DNA of 64,000 bases from a virus: IMG/VR virus record IMGVR_UViG_3300034166_000560. The stretch is one strand, 5' to 3'. The notes below the pieces were generated by a model. It ran no database searches. It was not told the origin of the DNA and saw nothing but the letters and a program-made list of their open reading frames with translations. A program made the translations under genes and the position numbers. Shown piece by piece: positions 40,338 through 49,493 of the stretch (positions are counted from its first letter, which is position 1; every line of letters starts with the position of its first letter).

Positions 40338-41036
40338 TTATGGATCCATCATTCTTATTTGATCTTCTGTCCATAGCTGAATCTCTCTCAGCCTTAGTGT
40401 AAGACCTACTACTGTGGGTGCACCGCTTTTATAAAATGATGGTCCGCCAGCGGCTGTATAATCTGCTGAAACTGTGATTACGGCGCAAGGTTTAAGTGCG
40501 AACAAATAATCTTTTGGGTTAAATGTAACTTGACAAATTTTAGGATATTTATAGGCAGCTCCCATGAGAGCTAATTTTGGCGCTGCACTAGCCTTAAACT
40601 CTTTAATCATTTTCTTCAAATTATTCGATTCAGTTTTATTCGAAGCAGAAAGAGTCCATTGTAACTCGTGTTCTTTATAAGTTGGTCTTTTATAAGTCAT
40701 GAACACTAATGGACTAAGATAAGATGTTCCGCCACCAGCAGCGCCGCCAATTTGAGCCATCTGAAGCAAAGAACTACCCATCGTCGAAGCGTCATATTCG
40801 CTCCATATTTGAGAATTGTTATCAACTATTCTTTTTGGTAAAGGTAGTTTAAATTGACCACCAAAACTGAAATTATATCCTGAACCTCCCCCCAAAAGAG
40901 CTCCTGGATTGGCAGAATAATCAGAGAACGAAATACTAGTGTAATATTGTCTATCGCCTTGAAGCAAATCTGAAGGAAAAACATTACCTCCATTATTTTG
41001 TTTCTGAGGTTGAGTTGGAAAATTAAAGTTGGCCAT
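40338..41036 (-). CDS. gp48: Baseplate tail-tube cap
   Basis: FPSDL, KLPLP, YKYPKIC, KPCAVITVSADY, LRLREI. Confidence 0.7.
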   Translation of the reverse strand: MANFNFPTQPQKQNNGGNVFPSDLLQGDRQYYTSISFSDYSANPGALLGGGSGYNFSFGGQFKLPLPKRIVDNNSQIWSEYDASTMGSSLLQMAQIGGAAGGGTSYLSPLVFMTYKRPTYKEHELQWTLSASNKTESNNLKKMIKEFKASAAPKLALMGAAYKYPKICQVTFNPKDYLFALKPCAVITVSADYTAAGGPSFYKSGAPTVVGLTLRLREIQLWTEDQIRMMDP

Positions 41037-41045
41037 CTTTACCCT

Positions 41046-41080
41046 TTTTAATAAATAAGGTTTTATCTTTATTTATTAGA
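41046..41080. promoter_or_regulatory. Back-to-back late-type promoters (TAATAAATA on each strand)
   Basis: TAATAAATA on plus (about 41048-41056) and on minus (about 41070-41078), between divergent gp48 and gp4. Confidence 0.65.
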
Positions 41081-41089
41081 AATCTGAGA

Positions 41090-41536
41090 ATGGCTACTCA
41101 CAAAGGTTATTTTAATCCAAGAAACCCGAACAAATACAAGGGCGATCCAACAAACATAATCTATAGATCTAGATGGGAATCCGTTCTCATGGCTCGGTTG
41201 GATAAGGATCCCAACGTTATATGGTGGCAAAGCGAAGAAACGATAGTCCCATATCGTTCGCCTCTGGATAATAGAATTCATCGTTATTATGTTGATTTCA
41301 CCGCTAGGTTAAAAACACCGAACGGCGGAACGAGAACTGTTTTGATTGAAGTGAAACCAGCTGCTCAGTGCAGACCACCTCCGCTCATGGAAGGGCGCAA
41401 AACAAAACGATATATAAATGAGGTAATGCGTTGGGGTGTGAACTCTGCTAAATGGAAAGCTGCTCGTGAATACTGTAAAGACAGGGGTTACGAGTTTATT
41501 ATTATGACCGAAAAAGAACTAGGAATCAAATTTTAA
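41090..41536 (+). CDS. gp4: Head completion nuclease
   Basis: PNKYKGDPTNIIYRSRWE, WQSEE, HRYYVDF, IEVKP, NSAKWKAA. Confidence 0.92.
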   Translation: MATHKGYFNPRNPNKYKGDPTNIIYRSRWESVLMARLDKDPNVIWWQSEETIVPYRSPLDNRIHRYYVDFTARLKTPNGGTRTVLIEVKPAAQCRPPPLMEGRKTKRYINEVMRWGVNSAKWKAAREYCKDRGYEFIIMTEKELGIKF

Positions 41537-42099
41537 TGTCAAACAGATTTAGTAAACTTCTGAGATCTACCGCTATGGACTTATCGAATAAGTCCAAAGA
41601 TTCTTCTCAGTGGTATCAAGACACTGTATCGAATATGGGTAAAAGAGACCCTAACAAGATATTCGAGAAAAGCAGCAGCCCTCAAATTGGCGCTCTGATG
41701 TTATTTCTGTATGATCCCAAATATAAAAACACTCTCCCTTTTTATGACGCTCATCCTTTAGTATTTCCTGTTGAGATGTATCATGACGGTTTTCTAGGAA
41801 TCAACCTTCATTATCTGCCTCCTTTGGCCAGAGTTAATATGATGAAGGGATTAGTCGATATTAATGATAACGATAAATATATACAAAATAAAAAATTGGT
41901 TCTTACGTATAGTTTACTAAAATACTATTCTAACCAATTAAGAGGCGTTGAGAACTGCATAAAGAGATATCTCTTCAATCATGTAAGAAGTTCTTTTTAT
42001 CAGGTTGATCCGCAAGATTGGGAAAAGGCTGCATTATTGCCTCTACAAAAATGGAATGTTAACCCAAATAGGCGATATGCAGGTTCGCCTCCATATTAG
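41536..42099 (+). CDS. gp2: DNA end protector protein
   Basis: YDPKYKNTLPFYD, GFLGINLHYLPP, CIKRYL. Confidence 0.92.
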   Translation: MSNRFSKLLRSTAMDLSNKSKDSSQWYQDTVSNMGKRDPNKIFEKSSSPQIGALMLFLYDPKYKNTLPFYDAHPLVFPVEMYHDGFLGINLHYLPPLARVNMMKGLVDINDNDKYIQNKKLVLTYSLLKYYSNQLRGVENCIKRYLFNHVRSSFYQVDPQDWEKAALLPLQKWNVNPNRRYAGSPPY

Positions 42100-42107
42100 G
42101 ATCAGAA

Positions 42108-42800
42108 ATGCCATTTAATATACAAGGCTTCAAAGAAAACCTTAATTCCTACGGTTATTTGGATAACAACAGTTTTGATGTAATAATCAAAACTCCAAAT
42201 ATTCTTCAGAATAAAGTTCTAAACAATCAGGGTACTGATAGCGATATTCAAAGAATCGCCAAGAATTTAAAGTTGAGAGTTGAACAGGTCAGAGCTCCTG
42301 GTATTAATTTAATGACATCGCAAATACAAAGATATGGTATCGGCTCAGTACAAAATATGCCTATTAACGCTCAATTTCAAGACATAAACATGACGTTATT
42401 GATGGATCATTATGGCGAAATATGGCAGTATTGGTATAACTGGTTGAACCTAATATTTGGGTTTAACGGTCTAGAATCCGCTAATGGACCAACAAGTAAT
42501 TCTTTTCCGAATTATCAAGCTGAGTATAAAGATAATTACTCAACTGTAATGCAAATTATAGTCTACGATCATTTTGGTAATTCTATTCAGAAAATAAACC
42601 TCTATGAAGCATTTCCTGTAGCAATGAGAGAAATGCCTCTTTCCTGGGGCGATGGTAGTTTAATGAGATTGAATTTGTCAATTTCTTATACTAGCTATGC
42701 ATTGGTTGGAAGTTCTGTCCAACCACAACCAGCACCACAACCACAAAGACCTTTCAGATCGATCAGAAATACAACTACGATTAGACCTGGCGTAAATTAA
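42108..42800 (+). CDS. Baseplate tail-tube initiator (gp54/gp19-like)
   Basis: Tube-fold pattern VRAPG, YKDNY, LYEAFPV. Confidence 0.65.
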   Translation: MPFNIQGFKENLNSYGYLDNNSFDVIIKTPNILQNKVLNNQGTDSDIQRIAKNLKLRVEQVRAPGINLMTSQIQRYGIGSVQNMPINAQFQDINMTLLMDHYGEIWQYWYNWLNLIFGFNGLESANGPTSNSFPNYQAEYKDNYSTVMQIIVYDHFGNSIQKINLYEAFPVAMREMPLSWGDGSLMRLNLSISYTSYALVGSSVQPQPAPQPQRPFRSIRNTTTIRPGVN

Positions 42801-42817
42801 AATAATGGAGATATAAT

Positions 42818-43531
42818 ATGTCAACTTTGCCAAAACTTGACCACCCTATTCACAATATTGAAATACCTTCTTTGAAGAAAAATTATAAGTTTAGACCATT
42901 TCTTGTAAAAGAAGAAAAACTGTTGCTTATGGCAAAAGAAGGCGGCAGCGATGTTGATGTTTTAGCCGCCATCAAACAAATCGTTAACAATTGTTCGCTT
43001 GATCCAAAGTTAGATATCAGCAAGTTGGCTGTGTTTGATTTAGAGTATATCTTTCTTAAGCTAAGAGCTGTTTCGGTTGACAACATAATCAAAGCATCAT
43101 ACAAAGATAATGAAGATGAAACGGTTTATGAATTCGAAATCAACCTAGACGATGTGAAGGTAGAGTTTCCAGAGAAAATGGATAACAATATCAAGATCAC
43201 TAATAAATCTGGGATATCTCTGAAATACCCATCAGCAGCCCTTTACGAAGATAAAGAGTTTTTGAGTCTGGATAAAGATTATCTGTTTCAATTAATCATT
43301 CGTTGTATCGAAAATATTTACTACGAAGATCAAGTTTATGCAGCGAAAGAATATAAAAAGGCTGACCTAGAAGAATTCCTAGAAAATTTGGATATCAAGA
43401 CATTCCAGAAAATCCAGGACTTTCTAGTTAATGTTCCTAAGATGAAATATGTAATCAATTATAAGAATTCGTTGGAGCACGATCGAGAAATCGTTCTGTC
43501 GTCGTTAAACGATTTTTTTACGTGGCGCTGA
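42818..43531 (+). CDS. gp26: Baseplate hub assembly protein
   Basis: FRPFLVKEEKLLLMA, DLEYIFLKLRAVSV, ends NDFF. Confidence 0.9.
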   Translation: MSTLPKLDHPIHNIEIPSLKKNYKFRPFLVKEEKLLLMAKEGGSDVDVLAAIKQIVNNCSLDPKLDISKLAVFDLEYIFLKLRAVSVDNIIKASYKDNEDETVYEFEINLDDVKVEFPEKMDNNIKITNKSGISLKYPSAALYEDKEFLSLDKDYLFQLIIRCIENIYYEDQVYAAKEYKKADLEEFLENLDIKTFQKIQDFLVNVPKMKYVINYKNSLEHDREIVLSSLNDFFTWR

Positions 43532-43701
43532 GTCATAACTCTTTAGCGAATTACTATAAAACAATATTTTCGTTAGCTCAGCACCATAAATATTCTATTA
43601 CAGAATTAGAAAATTTAATTCCGTTTGAGAGAGATATCTATGTTGAATTGTTGATGGAGTATTTGAAGGAATTAGAGGACGCTAAACAGAGAAGCAAGTA
43701 A
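43522..43701 (+). CDS. gp51: Baseplate hub assembly catalyst (59 aa; GTG start or reached by -1 frameshift)
   Basis: Manual translation VALSHNSLANYYKTIFSLAQHHKYSITELENLIPFERDIYVELLMEYLKELEDAKQRSK; too short for the ORF track. Confidence 0.85.
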   Translation: MALSHNSLANYYKTIFSLAQHHKYSITELENLIPFERDIYVELLMEYLKELEDAKQRSK

Positions 43702-45795
43702 ATGGCATTAGCACCAGAACTTAAAGAAATAACAAGAAACATTTCGTCCGAAATGGGCGGCGTTGTTGGTAATATAAGAAAAACTGCCAGCGATAACCAA
43801 AAAATGTTTTCTGTTATTTTGAAAGACATCGGAAAACATTTCGAAGTCCAAAATAACGGTTTAACAGAAGTTTCCGAATCTGTAGAACAATCTTCTAATA
43901 AAGTTGCTGCAAAGGTAGACTCAACAAATAGTCTGTTACAGGATTCTCTTGGGCTCCTTTCGAACACTTATGCAGAATTAAGAACAATGAACAGCAACAT
44001 CAAGGTTATGAATAATAACCTTGGTGACAATAATAAAAGCCTATTAGAAAGACTGGGTTCTGGTTTCAAAGGGCTTCAGAACGTAATTCTTGGGGCTGCT
44101 GCTTCTGCCGCTCCAGCCATGCTGGGTCTCGCTGGTGGAATGGCTGGTAGTTTTGGAACTGATATTTTTGGCGGCAAAGCCAATCCAATGGACCATAACG
44201 GTAGTTCCAGTGAAGCTATGAGTTTCTTCCAATCAAAAGGTTGGTCAAAAGAACAATCTGCTGGTATAGTTGGAAACTTGCAAGTAGAGTCTGACAATTT
44301 TTCATCTGATGTAATAAGTGGAAGAAGAAAAGGCGACGGCGGACAAGCTGTTGGTATAGCTCAATGGCATCCAGACAGACAAGCAAGATTCCAACAAGTA
44401 ATGGGTAAACCTATAGCTGGATCTTCTTTCAAAGAACAATTAGCATTCGTCGACTGGGAACTTAAAAACAGCGAGAGTAAAGCTGGTGATATATTAAAAT
44501 CCAAAACGGATGCATCTTCTGCCGCAAGCGCAGTAGATGAATTTTATGAGAGATCAAGCGGCGAACATAGAGCCAAAAGAATAGCAAACGCTGTTTCTTT
44601 ATCGGACCAAAAAGGCGATGTAACGCCAGTAAGCGGTGGATCTGGATCAACACCAAAAGCTGATGCAACTCCAGCGTCAAAACCAGAACCAATAACTCCT
44701 GGTTCTGCAGAACAAGCCGAGAGCACAAAAGAACATAATGGTCATAGCGGTCATGAAGGTATTATTTCTGGTAAAACTAAAGAAAGATCCGCAGACGCAG
44801 GCAAAGTAACACAATCGCAATCGGGCACTCGTAATATGCCAATTAACGATAGGTTATTGGGTGTGTTGCAAAAAGCAGCGTCTGAAGCTGGTGTTGCCGT
44901 TGATATTACTTCTGGAGCTCAACCAAACTACCCACAAGGTCCAAGAACAGGCTCTACCAGACACGATATTGGCGTTGGTGCAGCTGATCTAGATCTTATG
45001 CAAAACGGAAGAGTCCTAACGGATCATAATCCTGAAGATGTAAAAGTAAAAAGAAAATTCGTTGAAGCCGCTGCAGCTGCTGGTGCTACTGGTATTGGCG
45101 CTGGCGAAGGTTATATGGGAGCTTCAAAGATTCATGTTGGGTTTGGAAAACCAGCAACATGGGGTGGAGCAGGATGGTTAAGTGGTCTTAATCTTGGTTC
45201 TGCTACAAGCCCAGAATCCGAAAAAGGAACTTCTGGTGCAACTCCATATAGTGGCGGATCTGCTGTGACTCCAGGAATGGGCGGTGGATCGTATGATCAG
45301 AGACTCGCTGCTATTCAAGAAAACATCAATAAACTTGGTGGTGGTGTTACAGGAATCGGGGCTGAAGAATCTTCAGCGCCTGTTGGTCCAAGTCTTGAGA
45401 GTTTACAAATGGGTATACCTGCACATGGAATGATGGGTGCGCCAGTAAACATGCAAAGTTTTATTGAGAACTTAAAATCTCAAGCTGTTCCGCCAGCGCC
45501 ATCTCCTACTGCCAGTATGGTACCAACCCCAGCAGTAACACCATCTCAGACTATTGAACAATCAAGAATTAATGATGAAATAGAAGATTACGAACAAAAA
45601 CAAAAAATGGTTGCGTTCGCAGAACAAACCAAAAAACAAACTACTGATATTATATCAAACCAAAATTCTAGTGGTACACCTTCTAGTTTCGATTACAATA
45701 ATGCTGCTGACACTGGATGGCCTGATTGGGCTGCATTAATTGGTGGTTGGAATTGGGAAGAGACTAAAAAGATAAAACAGAATATGCACTTCTAA
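43702..45795 (+). CDS. gp29-like hub/tape-measure protein with tail lysozyme and M15-like peptidase domains
   Basis: N-terminal coiled coil; AGIVGNLQVES..GIAQW lysozyme motif; ITSG..RHDIGVGAAD..IHVG zinc-peptidase-like motif; follows gp26/gp51. Confidence 0.75.
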   Translation: MALAPELKEITRNISSEMGGVVGNIRKTASDNQKMFSVILKDIGKHFEVQNNGLTEVSESVEQSSNKVAAKVDSTNSLLQDSLGLLSNTYAELRTMNSNIKVMNNNLGDNNKSLLERLGSGFKGLQNVILGAAASAAPAMLGLAGGMAGSFGTDIFGGKANPMDHNGSSSEAMSFFQSKGWSKEQSAGIVGNLQVESDNFSSDVISGRRKGDGGQAVGIAQWHPDRQARFQQVMGKPIAGSSFKEQLAFVDWELKNSESKAGDILKSKTDASSAASAVDEFYERSSGEHRAKRIANAVSLSDQKGDVTPVSGGSGSTPKADATPASKPEPITPGSAEQAESTKEHNGHSGHEGIISGKTKERSADAGKVTQSQSGTRNMPINDRLLGVLQKAASEAGVAVDITSGAQPNYPQGPRTGSTRHDIGVGAADLDLMQNGRVLTDHNPEDVKVKRKFVEAAAAAGATGIGAGEGYMGASKIHVGFGKPATWGGAGWLSGLNLGSATSPESEKGTSGATPYSGGSAVTPGMGGGSYDQRLAAIQENINKLGGGVTGIGAEESSAPVGPSLESLQMGIPAHGMMGAPVNMQSFIENLKSQAVPPAPSPTASMVPTPAVTPSQTIEQSRINDEIEDYEQKQKMVAFAEQTKKQTTDIISNQNSSGTPSSFDYNNAADTGWPDWAALIGGWNWEETKKIKQNMHF

Positions 45796-45797
45796 CG

Positions 45798-45826
45798 AAA
45801 AAAGGGAGCCGAAGCTCCCTTTCTTT
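45798..45826. terminator. Bidirectional Rho-independent terminator
   Basis: AAAAAAA-GGGAGC-CGAA-GCTCCC-TTTTCTTT between convergent genes. Confidence 0.9.
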
Positions 45827-46721
45827 ACTTTGCTAGATTCTTAAAGAATTCCAACGACTCGTCATCATCTTCATCGGAAGATTCAAACTTTGGAGCAGTC
45901 TTTGCCTTGGCAACTGGAGCAGCTTCCTCTTCCTGCCATGGAGCCTCTTCCTCTGCACGAGCACGCTTGGCTGGAGCAGAATCCTCTGCAAGAACCTTTG
46001 CTAGACGAGCAGATAGCTCTTCATAGGTCTTGAAGTTAGATGGAGCAAGGAATTCCTGTAGGGAATGCTCTGACTTCCAAACCTTCTCGAGTTCTTTGTC
46101 GTCATCAAGTAGTGGCGCTGCCTTTTCAAACTCAGACTTATCGTAATTACGATATCCTTCAAGATTACGAATCTTTAGCTTGAAGTTGGCGCCAGCCCAA
46201 AGATCGAATGGGTTTACTGCTTCTTCATCAGCAAACTGTGGTTCCATTGCTTCCTTTAGACGATCAAAGATCTTCTTACCATACTTGAATAGGAAAACCT
46301 TACCTTCGTTTGCAGGATTACCTGAATCGCTAACAACATAAATGTTTGAGATAAAATGCAAACGGCGCTTCTGCTTACGAACAATTTCCTTGTTAGCTTC
46401 GATACCAGAATTCCACAGCTTTGAGTTATACTCTGAAACTGGGTCGTTCTTACCGAGAGTTGTTAGTGAGTTCTCGATATACCAGCCACCTGGACCCTGG
46501 AAACCATGGTCAAACATACGAACGAACGGAACATCTTCGTTCTCTGGCGGAGGAAGGAAACGAATAACAGCATAACCATTACCAGCCTTATCGACTGTTG
46601 GCGACCAGAAACGATCGTCTGAAGACTTACCTTCTCCGCCAGATAGCTTATTGAGTTCGGCTGTTAGTGATTCGAGGGATTTCTTGCCTGAAGCGGCTTT
46701 GAGGGACTTAAAATCTACCAT
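45825..46721 (-). CDS. gp32: Single-stranded DNA-binding protein
   Basis: DDRFW, GNGYAVIRFLP, WYIENSLTTLG, YGKKIFD, GANFKLKIR, acidic tail. Confidence 0.97.
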   Translation of the reverse strand: MVDFKSLKAASGKKSLESLTAELNKLSGGEGKSSDDRFWSPTVDKAGNGYAVIRFLPPPENEDVPFVRMFDHGFQGPGGWYIENSLTTLGKNDPVSEYNSKLWNSGIEANKEIVRKQKRRLHFISNIYVVSDSGNPANEGKVFLFKYGKKIFDRLKEAMEPQFADEEAVNPFDLWAGANFKLKIRNLEGYRNYDKSEFEKAAPLLDDDKELEKVWKSEHSLQEFLAPSNFKTYEELSARLAKVLAEDSAPAKRARAEEEAPWQEEEAAPVAKAKTAPKFESSDEDDDESLEFFKNLAK

Positions 46722-46785
46722 GTATATTTCTCCGTATTACGATGTATAACAATTGTATGGGCTACGTATAACGCCCAATATATTT

Positions 46786-46814
46786 AGTTTACTGCAATAG
46801 CTTATTTTTGTCAA
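46786..46814 (-). promoter_or_regulatory. Sigma70-type promoter for gp32
   Basis: TTGACA-17 nt-TAAACT. Confidence 0.75.
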
Positions 46815-46817
46815 GTT

Positions 46818-47324
46818 CTATTTTAGGTTTGTCAAATCGTAAGTTACTACAGTCTTTCTTTTCATAGAATTATTGATTGGACTTCTATGAAAGAAATTCG
46901 ATGGGAAGGTAAGTATATCACCTTCTTCCAATTTCGGGATAATGATTTCGTCGCTGAATGGCATTTTAATTTCGATGGGAGGACCATCTTCTGGGAATTC
47001 CAAATAATATACATTAGACCATCCACAAAGAGGATGTGTATGCCAAGGATGCTCGCTATTATGTTCGTATTGTTGAAACCAATACGTTTCTATTTGACAC
47101 TCTTTATGCCCTAGTTCTCTGACGACATCCTCGATATATGGGCCAATATAAGGCAAAAGAAACCGAAAATATTCTTTCTGGATTCCTTTACCTACATACC
47201 AATCTGTTCTGGTAATATCGCCACTAGATTCACCAACACTACTCTTAATAAGATCAAGAACTTTATCTTTAACTAATTTGTGTTCTTTAAATTTATTGAT
47301 TTTATAAAACATTATACATTCCAA
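46818..47324 (-). CDS. Putative 2OG-Fe(II) oxygenase
   Basis: WFQQY, HPWHTH, SNVYYL, FPSNFFHRS, RKTV. Confidence 0.8.
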   Translation of the reverse strand: MECIMFYKINKFKEHKLVKDKVLDLIKSSVGESSGDITRTDWYVGKGIQKEYFRFLLPYIGPYIEDVVRELGHKECQIETYWFQQYEHNSEHPWHTHPLCGWSNVYYLEFPEDGPPIEIKMPFSDEIIIPKLEEGDILTFPSNFFHRSPINNSMKRKTVVTYDLTNLK

Positions 47325-47348
47325 AGAAACAGGGACCGAAGTCCCTGT
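47322..47348 (-). terminator. Rho-independent terminator with UUCG loop
   Basis: ACAGGGAC-TTCG-GTCCCTGT-TTCTTT. Confidence 0.85.
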
Positions 47349-47351
47349 ATA

Positions 47352-47516
47352 TTAAACTGAAATTTCTTTGTCTGTATCTACGTGAACTACTTTATCTTTA
47401 ATGATTCTGTAATTATTGTGATCCATCCAAAGAACCCAAATCAATTCAGCCGCTAGTTTGGGTTTGTTAGCTTTAACAATCAATTCCATTGAGTCGATTA
47501 GATCTTCTTTAGTCAT
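47352..47516 (-). CDS. Small hypothetical protein (54 aa)
   Basis: MTKEDLIDSMELIVKANKPKLAAELIWVLW...; AGGAG RBS. Confidence 0.65.
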   Translation of the reverse strand: MTKEDLIDSMELIVKANKPKLAAELIWVLWMDHNNYRIIKDKVVHVDTDKEISV

Positions 47517-47576
47517 CTTTTTCTCCTATAAGATGTGTTTTAAGTATCCCACAAGAAAAACATCATAAAACATTAT

Positions 47577-48158
47577 TTATTCGTCGTAAAATTCTAAGAT
47601 GATTTTTCGGAACTTGTCTTTATCATATTTTATGAAAGGAGTATACTTTTTAACCTTCAGAGAAATTTCGTCCCAGATAAGATCGTATTCCATTTTCTTA
47701 TCGAAATATGGAAGGGCTTCTGTTAACTCCAACAATATACAAAATGTTTCTAAACACAATGCATTTCTAAGATACAGCTTCAATAGAATTGGATGTTCGT
47801 TTGGCTTACATACAAAATTGTAATTGAAAGGCTTGCAGAGATGTTTGTTAGTCTCTTGTTTGAAAACATACGATAGAGACTGATTACGCTTCTTCCATTG
47901 AAGATACGTTTCTTGGGCTACTTCGGAATAAGCGAGATCACGTATCCATAATTTTGGATTAACACTAAAATTAGCAACAAGAAACTCGCATACATTTTCA
48001 TTCTTAGCAAGTTTTTCAAAAAACACCTTATCTTTACGTTTGGCAAATGAAGCTGGTTTTAATCCGGTTTTGCCGTTGTATTTAATGTAGTCGTAGTCGC
48101 TTTTGGTAAAGTGGTTTTTGAGGGCGACATAATTTTGATACGCTTCGAAGGCTGACAT
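47577..48158 (-). CDS. gp59: Helicase loader
   Basis: YVALKNHFTKSDYDYIKYNGK, FAKRKDKVFFEKL, KYTPF. Confidence 0.9.
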   Translation of the reverse strand: MSAFEAYQNYVALKNHFTKSDYDYIKYNGKTGLKPASFAKRKDKVFFEKLAKNENVCEFLVANFSVNPKLWIRDLAYSEVAQETYLQWKKRNQSLSYVFKQETNKHLCKPFNYNFVCKPNEHPILLKLYLRNALCLETFCILLELTEALPYFDKKMEYDLIWDEISLKVKKYTPFIKYDKDKFRKIILEFYDE

Positions 48159-48628
48159 TTTAACTCTGGCTCACCATCTCTTAAATAATTTAAGAACTTG
48201 AAATAAAGTCCTTTTTCACGTCCATAAGCCTCGATCTCCCAAGGCTGTTCCCAATAATCCATTTGTTCGTGAAGATATCTCTCGCCTTGCCACTTGACCA
48301 TTCTGGTTGGTCGCCAAATGTCTTTCATTTCACCTTTGGCGTATTGCTTGAGGTGGACCATTTCATGGGCTAGGGCGAGCAAAGTCTCTTTTTTATTAAG
48401 AGCTCTGTCAATACCTATTACGAATTCTCTGGTATGATGATGGTCATCAGTCCAGTCGCAATAGGCGTAATCGCCCTCGGCTGAATCCATTTTTTCGAAC
48501 TGAAGTGTCAACTTTATATTATTAAAAAGTTTACCCCCTCCAATAAGATATTTTCCGTAGAAATTCGCCGCTTTTTTCACCATAGGCAGAGATATATGCG
48601 AGGGTTTACCAATTGTTTTAATGTGCAT
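48059..48628 (-). CDS. Zn metallopeptidase-like protein (HExxH); likely start MHIKT at 48628
   Basis: LAHEMVHLKQY, QPWEIEAY; GGAGG RBS. Confidence 0.75.
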   Translation of the reverse strand: MHIKTIGKPSHISLPMVKKAANFYGKYLIGGGKLFNNIKLTLQFEKMDSAEGDYAYCDWTDDHHHTREFVIGIDRALNKKETLLALAHEMVHLKQYAKGEMKDIWRPTRMVKWQGERYLHEQMDYWEQPWEIEAYGREKGLYFKFLNYLRDGEPELKCQPSKRIKIMSPSKTTLPKATTTTLNTTAKPD

Positions 48629-48656
48629 ATTAGCCTCCAACAATGGTTTAACCCTG

Positions 48657-48664
48657 TATTTATA
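48657..48664 (-). promoter_or_regulatory. Late promoter TATAAATA overlapping the gp33 stop
   Basis: Exact consensus. Confidence 0.7.
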
Positions 48665-48878
48665 TCGGAAGGCGTGCTCCACGCTTAAGAATATTCAAAT
48701 TCTCGGCTTCTGCCTGGATTTTAGCTCTCATAGCTGGATCCTTTTTAATCCAGTATGCAGCCGTCTCGATCTCCAGATTGTTCTTTTCGCACCAGAAAAC
48801 CACGGCGTCGATATATTCGATGTTCTTTTCTCGACAGAGCTTTTCTACTTCCTCTACGAAGCCTGAATTTTTAAGCAT
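48660..48878 (-). CDS. gp33: Late transcription coactivator
   Basis: YIDAVVFWCEKNNLEIE, KIQAEAENLN, RLPI; near gp59 and gp32. Confidence 0.88.
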   Translation of the reverse strand: MLKNSGFVEEVEKLCREKNIEYIDAVVFWCEKNNLEIETAAYWIKKDPAMRAKIQAEAENLNILKRGARLPI

Positions 48879-49039
48879 TGTTTTTCGTGTTCCTTCAGTT
48901 CGGCGATCCGACGAGTAAGGTACTCTTCTACATGGTTATCATTAAATCTTCGAGCCTTATGTCTATTCAGTTCCTGCTGCAGAGACCAGAGTATAGTGCT
49001 GGCATGTGAATACGAATAATTCTCTTTGATTGTGTCCAT
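48854..49039 (-). CDS. Hypothetical protein (likely start MDTIK)
   Basis: AGGA RBS; helical ORF. Confidence 0.55.
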   Translation of the reverse strand: MDTIKENYSYSHASTILWSLQQELNRHKARRFNDNHVEEYLTRRIAELKEHEKQCLKIQAS

Positions 49040-49043
49040 AGAG

Positions 49044-49493
49044 TTAGTCCTTAATTGTGATCGTCGTATATTCACCTTTGGTCATTTTATAGAGAGTAGC
49101 AGAATTAGTGGGAGATAGACGAACGCAGCCGTGAGAAGCAGGACGCCCAAGAGCACCAACATGAGGAGTAGCATGGATAGCATATCCTCCAGAAAAGAAA
49201 ATAGAATTTGGCATAGGAGCGTTATCGTATTTCTTACTGTAGTGCATAAGCTGGTAAGAATATGGATGAAACGATCCCGTAGGAGTATAATACCCTTTAC
49301 GGGCAGTAGAGACAGGCCATTGGTCAATTAACTCTCCATCTTGAAGAACTGTCATAGTCTGATGACGTTTCGAAACAATAATATCGTAATCTGCTTTTAC
49401 TGGAGTAGAGAAGAACATAGATACAAGAACCAATAAAACTCCAACAACCATAAGTATAACTCCTGCTATGTTAGCAACTCTATCGTTTATCAT
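49044..49493 (-). CDS. L,D-transpeptidase (YkuD family) with N-terminal membrane/signal segment
   Basis: WPVSTA, TPTG, PMPNSIFF, YAIHAT..LGRPASHGCVRL catalytic His/Cys motif. Confidence 0.92.
   Translation of the reverse strand: MINDRVANIAGVILMVVGVLLVLVSMFFSTPVKADYDIIVSKRHQTMTVLQDGELIDQWPVSTARKGYYTPTGSFHPYSYQLMHYSKKYDNAPMPNSIFFSGGYAIHATPHVGALGRPASHGCVRLSPTNSATLYKMTKGEYTTITIKD

Noticed and set aside
41090-41536. TnsA-like nuclease as a transposase or homing endonuclease
   Set aside because: Motifs and position next to gp2 identify the core gene gp4; no terminal repeats
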